A stretch of DNA of 64,000 nt, from positions 1 through 64,000 of the IMG/VR virus record IMGVR_UViG_3300045988_180412; one strand, 5' to 3'. Positions 55,648 through 63,095 of this stretch are shown in pieces. Under the pieces are notes generated by a model, which made no database searches, had not been told where the DNA came from, and was given only the letters and a program-made list of their open reading frames with translations. The translations under genes and the position numbers were made by a program. How positions within the stretch are numbered: position 1 is the first letter of the stretch; each line of letters begins with the position of its first letter. Origin of the DNA: a virus.

Positions 55648-55699
55648 CGCCGTTCAAACGAGTTCGCCAAATTATTAACAATCATTAACCGCAAAAAAA

Positions 55700-55897
55700 A
55701 TGAAGCTAACGCAAGACATAGTGCGCAACTTGATGCCGGGGCAAACGCTTTCCGTCCACTGCGAAAGCGTGGATGAGCTGAACGCCGCGCAACAAACTGC
55801 GTACCGTGGACGGCGCGAACATCAAAAAAGCACGAAAGTGCGCGTTCAGCGTGATTCCAAAACGCTGACGCTAACACTGACGTGCAGCGCGGTTTGA
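55700..55897 (+). CDS. hypothetical protein in the Cro position
   Basis: 65-aa ORF, first gene of the rightward operon. Confidence 0.5.
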   Translation: MKLTQDIVRNLMPGQTLSVHCESVDELNAAQQTAYRGRREHQKSTKVRVQRDSKTLTLTLTCSAV

Positions 55898-55911
55898 TAA
55901 GTTATTAAGTT

Positions 55912-56112
55912 ATGACGATTTATCAACCTGACATCCGCGACAATGCGCTTATGACGGTCTTACAGGCCGCTAAGGTCTTAGGCGTAAGCCAACAGACCGT
56001 GCGCAGAGCATTAAAGCGCGGACGACAGGACGGCGGAATGGACGCAGCTCAACGCTGCCGCCGACTAAAAGTGTCCGGGGCTGAGGTCAAGCGCTTCTGG
56101 CGCGAACACTAA
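55912..56112 (+). CDS. HTH DNA-binding protein (excisionase/MerR-like)
   Basis: 66 aa. MTVLQAAKVLGVSQQTVRRALKRG. Confidence 0.6.
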   Translation: MTIYQPDIRDNALMTVLQAAKVLGVSQQTVRRALKRGRQDGGMDAAQRCRRLKVSGAEVKRFWREH

Positions 56113-56690
56113 GTCCGAGGAGAGGCAACGGCCTTACGGTTGCCACGCGGGACTCGCGAATAGCGAGATACAGAGACTGCGATAGTGCCTGCTGATGAGC
56201 ATACAGTACGGGTAGCACCCGAAAGCTCCGCCGAGGTCGGCGCTCCTTGAAGCCAAATGACGGCTTACAAGTGAACCGGCAAACCAAGCCGCTGCAATAC
56301 CGAGCGGCACGACATAGGGAGAGGCGAAAGATACCGGAACAGAGCAATAGGCGTTGACATGTCCGCCGACAGCATCCGGGGCAAATGTGCGGAGAGTAGC
56401 GTCTCCGCGATGACATACGGCGGCATAAACAGACGTCAATGGCGAGGTACAGCCTTTGCCGCCGAGGTATTGACAAAGATTAGAAACTTTGGTTTCTATA
56501 TATATAGCCGCAGCTCGCGAAGGCGTTAAGACCCCATCAGAACCTGCTGCGGCACTAAGGCCGACCAACCCTGACCACCCTCGAAAGTATGCGCGATAGG
56601 ATAGCCGCGCATCAGGACATCGCAGACAGCTTTGGCTGTGCTATTCGGAATTTGAGGACGCTGTGCGCGGTTCGACTCCGCGCCGAGGGA
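56113..56690 (+). ncRNA. candidate large structured ncRNA ending in a tRNA-like module
   Basis: ~580 nt between same-strand genes. GC-rich. Only antisense, Arg/Cys-rich ORFs. Many local helices. The 3' module is at 56578-56690. Confidence 0.35.
56578..56690 (+). ncRNA. tRNA-like module 1
   Basis: Acceptor CCCTCG/CGAGGG. D-like hairpin ATGCGCG-ATAGGATAGC-CGCGCAT. T-arm CGCGG-TTCGACT-CCGCG preceded by GGAC. No 7-nt anticodon loop. Confidence 0.45.
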
Positions 56691-56718
56691 CACAACATCA
56701 ACTAACACAAACAAGACA

Positions 56719-57060
56719 ATGAGGAAATACAAATTAACAGACGAAACAATTCAAATCACGCGTAACGGTGTGGAAGTAACGCTACACCAAATTGAGGCGC
56801 TGCGAGACTTCGGGGTCGTGAAAGCAGGCGAGAAAGGCGGCTTTATAGAGCGCGAGGCTAACCTAAGCCACGATGGTGACTGCTGGGTCTACGACACCGC
56901 AAAAATTTATGATAATGCCAAGGTGTACGGCAACGCATGGATATTCGGCTGCGCCGAGGTGTACGACACTGCCGAGGTGTACGACAACGCCAATATCTAC
57001 GGCTGCGCCAAGGTGTACGGCACGTCTAAGGTATACGGTGACATCGTGCTGTCTAAGTAA
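56719..57060 (+). CDS. hexapeptide-like repeat (beta-helix) protein
   Basis: 113 aa. Repeats VYDTAKIYDNAKVYGNAWIFGCAEVYDTAEVYDNANIYGCAKVYGTSKVYG. Confidence 0.65.
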   Translation: MRKYKLTDETIQITRNGVEVTLHQIEALRDFGVVKAGEKGGFIEREANLSHDGDCWVYDTAKIYDNAKVYGNAWIFGCAEVYDTAEVYDNANIYGCAKVYGTSKVYGDIVLSK

Positions 57061-57093
57061 TAAAGTAATAAATAGCCCTATTAATAATCAACT

Positions 57094-57318
57094 ATGAAAT
57101 TCGTAAATAAAACGATGATTGCAGCCGCAACGATACTGACATCCGTATGCGGCTTTTTCATGGCTTTTGCCTACGGCTGGACAAACCAAAATTATTGGTT
57201 TGTTCTCGGCGGTCTTGTTCTAATGGTTGCGCCGTGGCTTATAGCCGTGTTTATCGGCAAATTAGGGAAATTGAAAGAAATAATATTCCCCGACCCACAA
57301 GATGAGGATATATACTAA
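57094..57318 (+). CDS. small membrane protein
   Basis: 74 aa with two TM helices. Confidence 0.55.
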   Translation: MKFVNKTMIAAATILTSVCGFFMAFAYGWTNQNYWFVLGGLVLMVAPWLIAVFIGKLGKLKEIIFPDPQDEDIY

Positions 57319-57455
57319 ACATATGTCTAAACAGTGTTATTTTTAGCTATTTTTATTCCATGGCGGAGAGACCGAGAGAGGTCGTAAAATCCGCCAACAG
57401 GATTGGTTGCGAATAGCTTAGCCGATGCCGTCCGTGAGAATAGCATCGGCTTAAT

Positions 57456-57543
57456 GGGCATGGCAGACCGCAAGCATCGTTGCGAGTATTACTCGTGCGT
57501 CAAACAGCGGTGCTTGTCTGCGGTTCAACTCCACAGATGCCCA
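57456..57543 (+). ncRNA. tRNA-like module 2 (88 nt)
   Basis: Acceptor GGGCAT/ATGCCC. Hairpins CGCAA-GCATCG-TTGCG and CGAGT-ATT-ACTCG. T-arm TGCGG-TTCAACT-CCACA with one mismatch. Confidence 0.4.
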
Positions 57544-57625
57544 CGCGAACACTCATATGCAGTAAGTTGATTAGACATCAGACATTAGACGCTTGGTGGT
57601 CTGCGAAGATAGCCAAGCATTATAC

Positions 57626-57735
57626 GGAATAACAAAGCACGGATAACGGATGCCCGTGCAAGGCTTGACGGCGACTTGACAGTGCGCGACCGAGGCCTTT
57701 TTAAGCTATCCCGAGTTCGATTCTCGGGTATTCCT
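57626..57735 (+). ncRNA. tRNA-like module 3
   Basis: Acceptor GGAATA/TATTCC. D-like hairpin GCACGG-ATAACGGATGC-CCGTGC. Perfect T-arm CCGAG-TTCGATT-CTCGG. Confidence 0.45.
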
Positions 57736-57772
57736 CAAAGTGTTCATATAGGGTTTATGTATTTTCGGCATT

Positions 57773-57818
57773 ACGGACGGGCTATTGCATGGTTAGTCCG
57801 TCCGTGTGCCGATTTTTT
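57773..57818 (+). terminator. possible terminator after module 3
   Basis: ACGGACGG/CCGTCCGT stem. The T6 run starts 7 nt downstream. Confidence 0.4.
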
Positions 57819-57828
57819 ATTAGTATTC

Positions 57829-58182
57829 ATGGGAAAAAAAACTGTTACAGAAGCGGAGCTTGCGTATATCCGCCAAAACGCTTCGACCATGAGTTCGCGC
57901 GAAATGCGCATAGCGCTTGGCCTGCAACACTCGTGGCAACTTCGCTATCGCGCAAGGCTTGCAGGTGTAAAGTTGCAACCCTCGCTGCGCAAAAACGCGC
58001 ACCTGCAACGCAGGTTGTCTCAACAAGAGAAAAGCTGGCTTGCGGCAAATTATAGGCACGTAACCATGCACTTTATACATAGGTTCTTGGGGATAAGCTG
58101 GAAAGCGTTATACCGAGAACTCAACGCAATGGGATTCTCTAAATCCCGACCCCTGACAAAAAACCAACCAACTAAACAATAG
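57829..58182 (+). CDS. hypothetical basic protein with two HTH-like segments
   Basis: 117 aa from ATG 57829 inside ORF 57676-58182. Confidence 0.55.
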   Translation: MGKKTVTEAELAYIRQNASTMSSREMRIALGLQHSWQLRYRARLAGVKLQPSLRKNAHLQRRLSQQEKSWLAANYRHVTMHFIHRFLGISWKALYRELNAMGFSKSRPLTKNQPTKQ

Positions 58183-58188
58183 ACATCT

Positions 58189-58437
58189 ATGACAATTGAA
58201 ACTAAATTCAGCCTCGGCCAAAAAGTTTATTGGCTTGAAGGCCACGAGGCGCTCAGCGCACGTGTAACGCGCGTAAGCGTAAATGAACAAGGCAGCATCT
58301 ACTATGGAGTCCTTGTCGGTGATGCAGATCTGCGGTTTATGGCCGAGAGTGAGCTTAAAGGCTCGCTTGATGCTATCTATCAAGAACTTAGCGAAACATT
58401 GAGCGCTGTCAAAGAACAAATGGCCAACGGCTTATGA
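58189..58437 (+). CDS. hypothetical protein
   Basis: 82-aa ORF with an ATGA overlap to the exonuclease gene. Confidence 0.55.
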   Translation: MTIETKFSLGQKVYWLEGHEALSARVTRVSVNEQGSIYYGVLVGDADLRFMAESELKGSLDAIYQELSETLSAVKEQMANGL

Positions 58438-59387
58438 TGATAGAGTCGACCATCTACGGTCTGCCAAACGGCGAATATCACCGTGGTGAGCCGTATAATA
58501 AGTACATCAGCAGCAGCCAAATCAAGGACTATGCAAAGTCCCCGGCCTACGCTAAATGGCATCGGGAGCATCCCGATGACGAAAGCGGCAACGCGGCGTT
58601 GGCCTTTGGCTCGCTGTTCCACGATTGCCTTGCGAGTCTTGCGGGCGGTCAAAGTTTGACCGCGTGGATAAGCGGCACGGCTGTGTTCGACGCCCCCGTA
58701 AACGACAAAACGAGGCAACCTTACGGCGCAACGACCAAGCGCTATGCGGAGGCTTACGAGGAGTTCTTGCTCGCCAACGTTGACAACCGCATTGCTTCGA
58801 GCGCAGATCTGCAACTTATCCGCGACATGGTGTCGGCATTATTGGATGACCGAACCGAAACAGGCAAGACCGTCCGTAAGTTGCTTAAATGGGGCAAGCC
58901 CGAAGTAAGCCATTTCCTCGTATTCGAGGGTTGCAAATTCAAGTGCCGCCCCGACCTCGAAACACGCAAAAAAATTGTGGATTGGAAAACCACAACCCTT
59001 GACGCTTTCGACGAGGACAGCGTAAATAGAGTAATCCTGAAATACGGCTACCATATCAGCGCCGCAATGTATCAGTGGCTTGTCCACGAAATTACGGGCG
59101 AATGGAAGTCGTTTTACCTCGTGCTTGTATCTAAGCAAGCACCCCATGACAGCGTAATCGTCTGCATGGACGATTGGGCTTATCGACACATCTCCGAAGC
59201 CGACTATACGGCATTAGGCCCCGGCGCTTACGAGTTCGCTAAGCTCCGCGATTTACATATGCAATGCGTAAAGAGCGGCGAATATCCGACCGCCGAGGTG
59301 TTTATAGATAAAAGAGACGGTGAGGCGCCTATAATGAACATTCAACCCCCGTCTTACGTTACACGAAAGTACATCGACGAAATATGA
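58434..59387 (+). CDS. PD-(D/E)XK family exonuclease (recombination exonuclease partner of RecT)
   Basis: 317 aa. ...KFKCRPDLETRKKIVDWKTT... D...D-x-K motif. Immediately upstream of recT and overlapping it. Confidence 0.65.
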   Translation: MMIESTIYGLPNGEYHRGEPYNKYISSSQIKDYAKSPAYAKWHREHPDDESGNAALAFGSLFHDCLASLAGGQSLTAWISGTAVFDAPVNDKTRQPYGATTKRYAEAYEEFLLANVDNRIASSADLQLIRDMVSALLDDRTETGKTVRKLLKWGKPEVSHFLVFEGCKFKCRPDLETRKKIVDWKTTTLDAFDEDSVNRVILKYGYHISAAMYQWLVHEITGEWKSFYLVLVSKQAPHDSVIVCMDDWAYRHISEADYTALGPGAYEFAKLRDLHMQCVKSGEYPTAEVFIDKRDGEAPIMNIQPPSYVTRKYIDEI

Positions 59388-60304
59388 AAGAGGAAGAAAC
59401 AATACAGCAACAATCCGCCGAAACGCCGCAGGAGCAGCCGCAAACGCAAGCCGTTGCGGTCAAGAAAGACGCCTCCCCCGAGCGCACGGCGGAAGCTATT
59501 AAGCGTCTGCCTGCCGAGTTGCAGGGCATACGCAATCTGTTTGCACAGCCGTGGGAGAGTTTCCGCGCGGCTTTTGCTGACCCGCAAGAGGCCGACCGCA
59601 CGATGCAGCGCGAAATCACCTACGCAGCGCAAGCGATGACGTCTAATAGTTATCTTATAGAGTGTGCGGCTAAATTTCCGCAGGACTTCGTAAACGCGCT
59701 GAAAAATGTCGCGTTGAGCGGCTTATCATTGTCTCCGACACTCAAACAAGGCTATCTTGTGCCCTTCAAAGGCCGCGTAACCTTTATGCCCTCCTATATG
59801 GGCATGGTTGACCTGCTTAGCAACAACGGCCATATCAAGAAGATAGAGGCATTTTTGGTTTTTGAGGGCGATGAGTTTACCATGACGCACGGCACAAACG
59901 AAAGTCTTGTACATAAACCCAATCCGTGGGGGGAACGCTCCGAAAAGACGCTACTCGGCGGCTATTGGATAGCGACCCTTGCAGATGACACAAAGCTGTT
60001 CGACAATATGACCAAGGCGGAAATCGACCAAATAAAGATGCGGTCGCCGTCCGTTGCCGGAAAGAAGTCCTCGCCGTGGGATAGCGACTATCTGGCAATG
60101 TGTCGCAAGACGATATTGCGGCGCGGATTCAAATCCCTGCCCAAGGGCACTATCAGCGATGACCGCATTAAGGTTATCGAGGCCGTATTCGATTATGACG
60201 AAAAAGCCGAGCAAGACTGGGTTGCACGTCAGAAACAAGCCAATAAACGCACAAACGCTGACTTCGATGAGGACGGCGAAGTGCAATACGAGGAAATAAA
60301 CTAA
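59384..60304 (+). CDS. recT: RecT-family single-strand annealing protein
   Basis: 306 aa. ...SGLSLSPTLKQGYLVPFKGRVTFMPSYMGMVDL... RecT core pattern. Confidence 0.8.
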   Translation: MKEEETIQQQSAETPQEQPQTQAVAVKKDASPERTAEAIKRLPAELQGIRNLFAQPWESFRAAFADPQEADRTMQREITYAAQAMTSNSYLIECAAKFPQDFVNALKNVALSGLSLSPTLKQGYLVPFKGRVTFMPSYMGMVDLLSNNGHIKKIEAFLVFEGDEFTMTHGTNESLVHKPNPWGERSEKTLLGGYWIATLADDTKLFDNMTKAEIDQIKMRSPSVAGKKSSPWDSDYLAMCRKTILRRGFKSLPKGTISDDRIKVIEAVFDYDEKAEQDWVARQKQANKRTNADFDEDGEVQYEEIN

Positions 60305-60512
60305 GGTCGTAATCCCTGCACAAGAGAGTGCGAAACAGGCGCGTCCTGTTCGGGCGCAAATCATTAATGTTATGGAGGGCGTGTGGTCTAAGATAAGACG
60401 GCATACGAATATTAACCTTAGATTAGGTTAGTGCCAAATAAGCCGTGTGCAAATTCGGAATTAAGTCCCGACACGCCTGCAAATTTACCATTGTTTGTTT
60501 AACTATATTATT

Positions 60513-60686
60513 ATGAAAGAGTTGATTAGCAAAATCTCTGAGTTGTTCGAGGTGTTTTCCTCAAACGCCGTCAAGGCGCAAGCAGGAAACAAAGCTGCCG
60601 GCGCACGCGCACGCAAAGCTTCCCTCGAAATCGAAAAAGCCTTGAAAGAGTTCCGTAAAACTTCCGTTGCCTACGGCAAGGAGTAA
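60513..60686 (+). CDS. histone H1-like (Hc1 family) DNA-binding protein
   Basis: 57 aa. MKELISKISELFEVF...GNKAAGARARKASLEIEKALKEFRK, typical of Bacteroidota Hc1-like proteins. Confidence 0.7.
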   Translation: MKELISKISELFEVFSSNAVKAQAGNKAAGARARKASLEIEKALKEFRKTSVAYGKE

Positions 60687-60702
60687 GTAACGCGGAACGC
60701 CT

Positions 60703-60766
60703 GCGGTGCGGAGTTCGTTTGGGATGCCGCTAATTAGCGGACAGGTTCGACCCCTGCCGCACCGCC
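60703..60766 (+). ncRNA. tRNA-like module 4 (short: 9-bp acceptor-like stem plus T-arm plus one hairpin)
   Basis: GCGGTGCGG/CCGCACCGC. Hairpin CCGCT-AATT-AGCGG. T-arm CAGG-TTCGACC-CCTG. Confidence 0.4.
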
Positions 60767-60847
60767 AACATAGGCAAGTCGATTACTATTACCATATTGA
60801 ATTATGTTCGTTTTTCTGCGCCGTCTGTGAAGATAGCGCGGTTTTAT

Positions 60848-60916
60848 GGGCGTCATGGTGAAACCCTTGTTTTTAGGCTTTTCAAGGGTATTGCGGTTCG
60901 AGTCCGCTTGCGCCCG
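60848..60916 (+). ncRNA. tRNA-like module 5
   Basis: Acceptor GGGCGT/TGCGCCC. Hairpin CCCTTG-(13 nt)-CAAGGG. T-arm GCGG-TTCGAGT-CCGC. Confidence 0.35.
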
Positions 60917-60996
60917 CACATAGGTTATATGTATGATGAGAAGAGTAAAGTGGATTTTGGAGTGTCGGGCTTGTGAAAGTCCGGCGCTCGTTTTTC

Positions 60997-61098
60997 GGGA
61001 CAACAAGCCGTGGATGCACGGAAGCCCACGGACGCCATCCTTCTGTCAGTGGCGTTGCAGGACACTGCCGCAAGCGCGTTCGACTCGCGCTTGTCCCA
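60997..61098 (+). ncRNA. tRNA-like module 6 (102 nt; perfect 7-bp acceptor and 5-bp T-arm)
   Basis: GGGACAA/TTGTCCC. GCGCG-TTCGACT-CGCGC. Hairpins CCGTG-GATG-CACGG, GACGCCAT-(10 nt)-GTGGCGTT, GCAG-GACA-CTGC. Too long and lacks a 7-nt anticodon loop. Confidence 0.5.
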
Positions 61099-61157
61099 CA
61101 TAAAGTTAATATTTCTTAAAAAATACGCCATTATTTGTTTGGCAAGATGCAAACCAT

Positions 61158-61165
61158 TAAATTTG
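61158..61165 (+). promoter_or_regulatory. -7 box TAAATTTG, with TTTG about 20 bp upstream
   Basis: Part of the 19-mer TTAAATTTGCGGCATCCAA, repeated at 62842. Confidence 0.55.
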
Positions 61166-61171
61166 CGGCAT

Positions 61172-61341
61172 CCAAACGGCAATTGACGCAAGTCTTTTGT
61201 CGCCAATAAAATTTCTACTATTGTAGATAAAAAGGCGGAAGTGTCGCGCCCTTCGGGGTTGCGTGAATTGAAACGCGATAAGCAAAGTAGGATTAAATTT
61301 TCCTTTCGCCGAGGGCAGGATATTATTCCTGCCCTTTTTTT
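61172..61341 (+). ncRNA. candidate sRNA (~170 nt) with its own promoter and strong terminator
   Basis: Bounded by the -7 box and by GGGCAGGA-TATTAT-TCCTGCCC plus T7. Contains a C(UUCG)G-type hairpin. No convincing ORF. Confidence 0.5.
61313..61341 (+). terminator. rho-independent terminator
   Basis: 8-bp GC-rich stem followed by TTTTTTT. Confidence 0.85.
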
Positions 61342-61485
61342 ATTCTCTAAGCGACTGACGCATTTGCGTTGGCCGCTTTTTTTAGCCAATTACCGACGAG
61401 GGGGATGTAGCGAAAACGCGACACCCTCCACAAAGAGTGGTATACAAGCAATGATTTCCAACCACCCACATAAACATAAAACAAA

Positions 61486-62331
61486 ATGATAAACAATATC
61501 GACAATTTATTTATGCCGGAAATAAACGAAACAAAGGCGGTGCAGCCACTTAAAGAAGTGGAAGTGGTAGGGCAGTCGTTCATTATCTACGGAACACCCG
61601 AAGAACCTTTGTTCAAGGCGAAAGACGTTGCAACTTTTATTGGGCACTCTGATGTGTCTATGATGATGCAGACGGTGGATGATGACGAAAAGCTGACCCA
61701 AACAATGTTTGTATCAGGTCAAAATCGAAACGTATGGATGCTGACAGAAAATGGTTTGTACGAAGTTCTTATGCAGAGCCGCAAACCAACAGCCAAACTG
61801 TTTAAGAAAGGCGTCAAGAAGATTCTACGCGAAATCCGAATGACCGGTGGCTATATCGCCGCTAAGGACGATGATTCGCCCGAGGTGATAATGGCAAAGG
61901 CGCTACAAATAGCCCAAGCCACCCTTGCACGACAAGAGTCAAGACTGCAACAACTCGAAAACACCAACACGCGTAACGAACAAACCATCTTAGAGCAAGC
62001 GCCAAAGGTGGACTACTACGACACCACGCTGCAAAGTGTTAATACTATGACCACAACCCAAATTGCAAAGGAATTGGGAATGGACGCGCACAGCCTTAAC
62101 AAGCAACTTAAACAAGCCGGCGTAATCTTCCGTCAATCGGGGATGTGGATGATGAAACAACCTTATGCAAGCTGGAATTTATCCGCGACACGCACACAGA
62201 CCTATACGCGGTCTGACGGAAGTATCGGGTCGTCAATGTATACCGTTTGGAACGAACGCGGACGGCGCTTCATCCACGCGTTGCACGACAATGGGTTTAA
62301 CGCCCGTAAAGCAAAGAATGCTATTGTATAA
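61486..62331 (+). CDS. antirepressor-type protein (Bro-N domain plus KilAC/ANT C-terminal domain)
   Basis: 281 aa. ...FIIYGTPEEPLFKAKDVATFIGHSDVS... Bro-N pattern. C-terminal ...YYDTTLQSVNTMTTTQIAKELGM...LNKQL... KilAC pattern. Confidence 0.8.
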   Translation: MINNIDNLFMPEINETKAVQPLKEVEVVGQSFIIYGTPEEPLFKAKDVATFIGHSDVSMMMQTVDDDEKLTQTMFVSGQNRNVWMLTENGLYEVLMQSRKPTAKLFKKGVKKILREIRMTGGYIAAKDDDSPEVIMAKALQIAQATLARQESRLQQLENTNTRNEQTILEQAPKVDYYDTTLQSVNTMTTTQIAKELGMDAHSLNKQLKQAGVIFRQSGMWMMKQPYASWNLSATRTQTYTRSDGSIGSSMYTVWNERGRRFIHALHDNGFNARKAKNAIV

Positions 62332-62334
62332 CCA

Positions 62335-62505
62335 ATGAAAATACCTGTATCTGAATACGTCCTTGCCAACATCCTGCGGCACTACGGCACACTGGCCGAG
62401 CGCTGCACCGTTCCGCGAGACGACCTTAAAGCCGTCAACGCCAAACGGCTTGCAGGCGAGGATTTACGGCGACTTAAACGATTATTAAAAGTAAGAAATG
62501 ATTAA
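62335..62505 (+). CDS. small hypothetical protein (56 aa, below the ORF-track cutoff)
   Basis: Hand-translated as MKIPVSEYVLANILRHYGTLAERCTVPRDDLKAVNAKRLAGEDLRRLKRLLKVRND. Overlaps the next start. Confidence 0.4.
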   Translation: MKIPVSEYVLANILRHYGTLAERCTVPRDDLKAVNAKRLAGEDLRRLKRLLKVRND

Positions 62506-62803
62506 TATTAGAGACCTGCGCATCGGCTCACACGTTGCGCTTAATCGTTATCCCAACCGAGTATGCCGGATTGAGTGCATAATGCCGACCTCCGTGTATA
62601 TATCTTATGCAGACAACGGCGTCCGCGTCAAGATGTTCAACGTGCCGATAAGCGAGCTGAAACCACTGGAAATCACGGAGAAACGCCTTAACGCATTATG
62701 CAAGGCTATGGGAATACCCAAAGAGCGTTTTAAGGCCGATGCCGAGTGGCACTTGTTGGAAACATTCGTGTGGGTTGAGTATATGAAAGAAGTTATTAAC
62801 TAA
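62498..62803 (+). CDS. hypothetical protein
   Basis: 101-aa ORF. Confidence 0.6.
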   Translation: MINIRDLRIGSHVALNRYPNRVCRIECIMPTSVYISYADNGVRVKMFNVPISELKPLEITEKRLNALCKAMGIPKERFKADAEWHLLETFVWVEYMKEVIN

Positions 62804-62843
62804 GATTAACGATAAACACTTGGATGGATTGGCGGAAAGGTCT

Positions 62844-62851
62844 TAAATTTG
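62844..62851 (+). promoter_or_regulatory. -7 box TAAATTTG (second copy of the shared 19-mer)
   Basis: CTTAAATTTGCGGCGTCCAA. Confidence 0.5.
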
Positions 62852-62857
62852 CGGCGT

Positions 62858-63047
62858 CCAATTACAATCGAAGTGGATTAGCGCTGCTTTTCCACGCACA
62901 TACGCCGGAAAGGCATTTTTTTATGCTAATTCCCGATATTAAAGGAAACACGCATAGCGTGCCGCCCCTTGGCTTTGCTGTAATGGCATGGCCGTGCTTT
63001 TTCCACTTTGATTGGCATTGGACAAAGGGTAGCGGCACGCTTTTTTT
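62858..63047 (+). ncRNA. candidate sRNA (~190 nt)
   Basis: Runs from the promoter to the long-range helix GCGTGCCGC(62957)/GCGGCACGC(63032) plus T7. A third complementary copy, GCGTGCC, lies at 63048. Confidence 0.4.
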
Positions 63048-63095
63048 GCGTGCCAACCCGAAAAGTTATTCATAGTCCAAACAATCAAAGTAAAA

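Larger units (their letters stand above)
55507..55687. promoter_or_regulatory. switch region bounded by the 14-bp inverted repeat TTAATGATTGTTAA (55507-55520) / TTAACAATCATTAA (55674-55687)
   Basis: The two copies are exact reverse complements. One abuts the repressor start, the other lies 13 nt before ATG 55700. Confidence 0.55.

Noticed and set aside
56188-56226. Hammerhead-ribozyme-like CUGAUGAG...CGAAA string
   Set aside because: The sequence between CUGAUGA and GAAA cannot form a convincing stem II (G:C, then mismatches), and flanking stems I and III are not evident. The core heptamer can occur by chance in 64 kb.
56113-56693. tmRNA hypothesis for the large non-coding region (GGAC plus T-arm plus acceptor-like 3' end)
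   Set aside because: There is no GGGG...-type 5' acceptor partner at a plausible distance, and no tag reading frame ending in a hydrophobic ...AA stop in any frame that I translated. The 3' end reads ACAC rather than ACCA. Kept only as an item to test with a covariance model.
56087-56732. Minus-strand ORFs of 129, 144 and 68 aa across the 56-kb non-coding block
   Set aside because: They are on the opposite strand to all flanking genes, overlap one another, and are Arg/Cys/Ser-rich. They are most likely GC-driven open frames.
62824-63075. 83-aa ORF MDWRKGLKF...
   Set aside because: It starts inside the promoter-like 19-mer and runs through a hairpin-plus-T7 terminator. The Trp/His/Phe-rich sequence looks non-coding. 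It remains an alternative until transcript or proteomic data exist.
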